Source: Camelus ferus
Taxonomy: Eukaryota
Reading direction: 5' to 3'
Length of the DNA: 64,000 bases
NCBI RefSeq assembly: GCF_009834535.1
Contig: NC_045701.1
Span: 6,076,001 to 6,140,000 of the forward strand
Positions 61,420 to 64,000 of the stretch are shown here, one piece after another (positions within the stretch are counted from its first letter, which is position 1; each line of letters begins with the position of its first letter). Below the pieces are notes generated by a model that saw only the letters and a list, made by a program, of their open reading frames with translations, had not been told where the DNA came from and made no database searches. The position numbers were made by a program, and so were the translations under genes.

Positions 61420-61635
61420 AAAAGAAAAAAAATTGGCAGGAAGATGGGGAGAATGGACCATTTTTCTGAAGGGCAATTCTGCAATATGTATCCAAAGCCT
61501 TTGATCTAGTAATTGCGCCTCTAGGAATTTATCATAAGGCAATAATAAGGAGTAAGTGCAAAGATTCATCAAAGAATGTTCACTGCAGCATTATTTATCA
61601 TTGTGAAAAAACTGGAATCAATCTCAATGTGCCCC
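61420..61635 (+). mobile_element. Old L1ME ORF2-end fragment, followed by an L2 end at ~61670-61770
   Basis: gggcaattctgcaatatgtatccaaagcctttgatctagtaatt..ctctaggaatttatc..aagaatgttcactgcagcattattt. Confidence 0.75.
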
Positions 61636-63034
61636 AATAAAGGATAAGTTATTCTACTAATTAGTATAACTAATGAATTCATTCAAAGCATATTTCTTGA
61701 GTTCCTGCTGTGTGCCAGACATGGTGCTAAAGGCATGTCGATCAAAATAGACAGGGTCCCATCTGGGAAAACAGTTGAGCCATTAGACCTAAGGCACTGG
61801 GAACACTCATGATAGAAGAAATGATAAAAGCAGGTTACAAGAAAAAACCCCATTATGATTACAGTGTACAGTGTTTTATTTTGAGACTTATAGAAAGTTA
61901 TTTTTTTTAAAGCAAAGGTATTCCAATAAGTTAAATGAATAACAGAAGTGATTTTTTAAAAGTAATTACTCAAGGCAGCGTGCTGTCAGCAGGGCAGCCA
62001 GGCCTGCCCCCGGAGGCAGTGATGGTGCCCAGAGGCTGCCATCCTGGGGGCAGGTGAGCACTCCATCATTATGAGCCAAATAATCCTCGGTCCGCTGAGC
62101 TGGGAGCTGAGAGGTCTGAGATCCACGAGGACATCACGAGGTCAAAGACAAGCTTCCATCTGTTCCTGACTCCATTCCCCACCTAAAAAATGAAGGTCCT
62201 GGACCTGGGGTCCCTTATAATCCCCCACAGTCCTAAAGTTCTTCCTTTTCTCATGAGCGGATTCCACACACTGTCATTTTCCTATTTTTGCTCGTGTTGT
62301 GACATGTTTTTGTTTTTTTTTTAAACTCTCTGAATGACTGAATTGGGTCACTGCTCCATAAATCCAATTGTCAGCGTGTCACCTGTGGAAACGACTGGAA
62401 ATACTTGATTGCCCATGCTGAGAGCGGGGAGGCTGGGCTGTACCCAGATGTCCTTAGGGTTTTCTTCTCCAAACTGCATGTGTTACTAATAAACAGTAAA
62501 ACTGACTCTGCCAATCACACACCAAACAGCCAAGATTTTCATGGTAATATCCTACATCCTCTTTCCATTTAAAACGTTTACCTACAAAGTTAATTTTCTT
62601 CTAAAACAGGATTTTAAATTCTTTCCTTTTTATTTTAGAATTTGCAAGTCCAATGCTATTTCACAGTAAGAATGTAGTATTCCATCAAAACCCACGGAAA
62701 CATTTGCCGTGCTCCTTTATATTGTAATTATTTTAAAACACTCTCTCTGATTGCCAGTGTATAATGATTAGACTTTGAACTGCTAAAAACCAGACACAGT
62801 TATATTTTAGGAGATGGACAGTATGTAGGATGGTTCACAGCAATTGAAATGTCTGGCAGAAATGTCTGATGGGCACTTGTCAGGGTGGCATTTCATTCTC
62901 TTCTTTGCTAACCAAACTGTGCGTCATATTTCTGGACTTCCTTCCAGTCATAACTGTAACCAATACAACATTTGATTACGTTATCTTATGTATATTAATT
63001 CAATATTTCTTCAAGTGTGGTTGGCAGACTTTTG

Positions 63035-63197
63035 ACAGTGGAAACAGCTCACTGTGCTCATTAAAACATAGATCCTGGGCTTAATCCTAGACCTACTAAA
63101 TCAGAATCTCTGGGGCTGAGGTCTTGGGATCTGAGTTTGGTACAAGCCTTCCCCCTCCAAGTGATTCTTTTGTGCACTAAAATTTGAGAACCCCTGA
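63035..63197. mobile_element. MER5-type MITE
   Basis: ttaaaacatagatcctgggc..cctagacctactaaatcagaatctctggggctg..gtgattcttttgtgcactaaaatttgagaacccctg. Confidence 0.82.
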
Positions 63198-63877
63198 ACT
63201 TTATTATTTTATAATTAAAATTAGCTACTCTAAAATATTTTATCTTCTTGGTTATAATTTCATTTTCCTTTTGTCCAATAGATCATAATTCCCGAGACTT
63301 ATCCTTGAAATAGTCTCAATAATTAACCTTTCCTCCTGGAAAATTGGCTATTAATTTCCTCTCTGAGTGTGTTTGTGGCTGTAACTAGTTTTACCCTGGA
63401 GGATCCCATGACAGGATCTCATTTCTTACTGGGGTTGTAATATTGAATTGTTTTTAAAGACAGTAAGGTCCTTATGAAGAGGAAGCTGACTTTATTTTCT
63501 TGTAGAGTCTGGAATTAGAATGTTGTTTTTTATGTTAAAAAGAAAGAAAATGCCTCTGTTCTTCATTTACACTCAAGTGCTTCTCCAGTGATAACTCCAC
63601 AGCCTTAAATCAAGTGGGCTGTGCCCCCAACTAATGCCAGCTTACATCCTATTTAAGGAAAGAAAGTAGGAGACAGAGAAGACAGCAACAAGACCTAAAA
63701 TCAAAGAACAGACTTGCATTCTTTTAAAAAAAACAGTTAATGTAAAATATACCGATCTTCCCTCTCACCCCAATCTCCCAACTCCCTACTCTAGGAATCA
63801 GCTCACTGGCTGGCATCCAGCAGTTAATCTTCTGACCATATCTATGTCATTATTAGCCACATATTCAGGCGACTCTC

Positions 63878-64000
63878 TGTGTTAGTTATCTATTGTTAGA
63901 TAACAAATTATCCCGGATTTGGTAGCTCAAACTATAAATATTTATTAACTCCCAGTTCCTGTAGGTCAGGAATCCAGGAGTAGCTTAACTGTGTGGTCTG
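63878..64000 (-). mobile_element. MLT1F/G-like MaLR LTR (runs off the right edge)
   Basis: tgtgttagttatctattg..taacaaattatccc..atttattaactcccagttcctgtaggtcaggaatccaggagtagcttaactg. Confidence 0.85.

Noticed and set aside
1-64000. CRISPR arrays, operons, rRNA, snoRNA or miRNA hairpins, processed pseudogenes of host genes
   Set aside because: No regularly spaced repeat-spacer array, no prokaryotic gene density, no long stem-loop or box motif set, and no recognisable host-protein remnant was seen.

Overview
Mammalian nuclear DNA, very probably a camelid: it carries a tRNA-derived SINE matching the camelid Vic-1 type, plus cetartiodactyl-style L1 3' ends and ERV1 LTRs. The only clear gene landmark is a ~2.1 kb CpG island at about 47.7-49.8 kb. 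It contains two strong minus-strand splice donors (GAG|GTAAGG at 47746/47745 and CCG|GTAAGG at 49192/49191), consistent with alternative first exons of a minus-strand gene. I cannot name the gene. Bases 1-47.7 kb look like its long first intron, with no convincing coding exon, and 49.8-64 kb looks like AT-richer upstream DNA. The rest is a transposon landscape: young 5'-truncated L1s with intact target-site duplications (TSDs), two solo ERV1 LTRs, MaLR/ERVL LTRs, Tigger1, many MER5-type and other hAT MITEs, MIR and L2. Eight N runs hide parts of repeats and of the CpG island. None of the listed ORFs looks like a real host protein, apart from decayed L1 ORF2 and Tigger1 transposase fragments. 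I found no evidence of a new multi-gene system. The best leads concern the 5' architecture of the host gene and retroelement insertion biology. All repeat family names come from my recollection of consensus sequences, not from a database search, and boundaries of old repeats are approximate.
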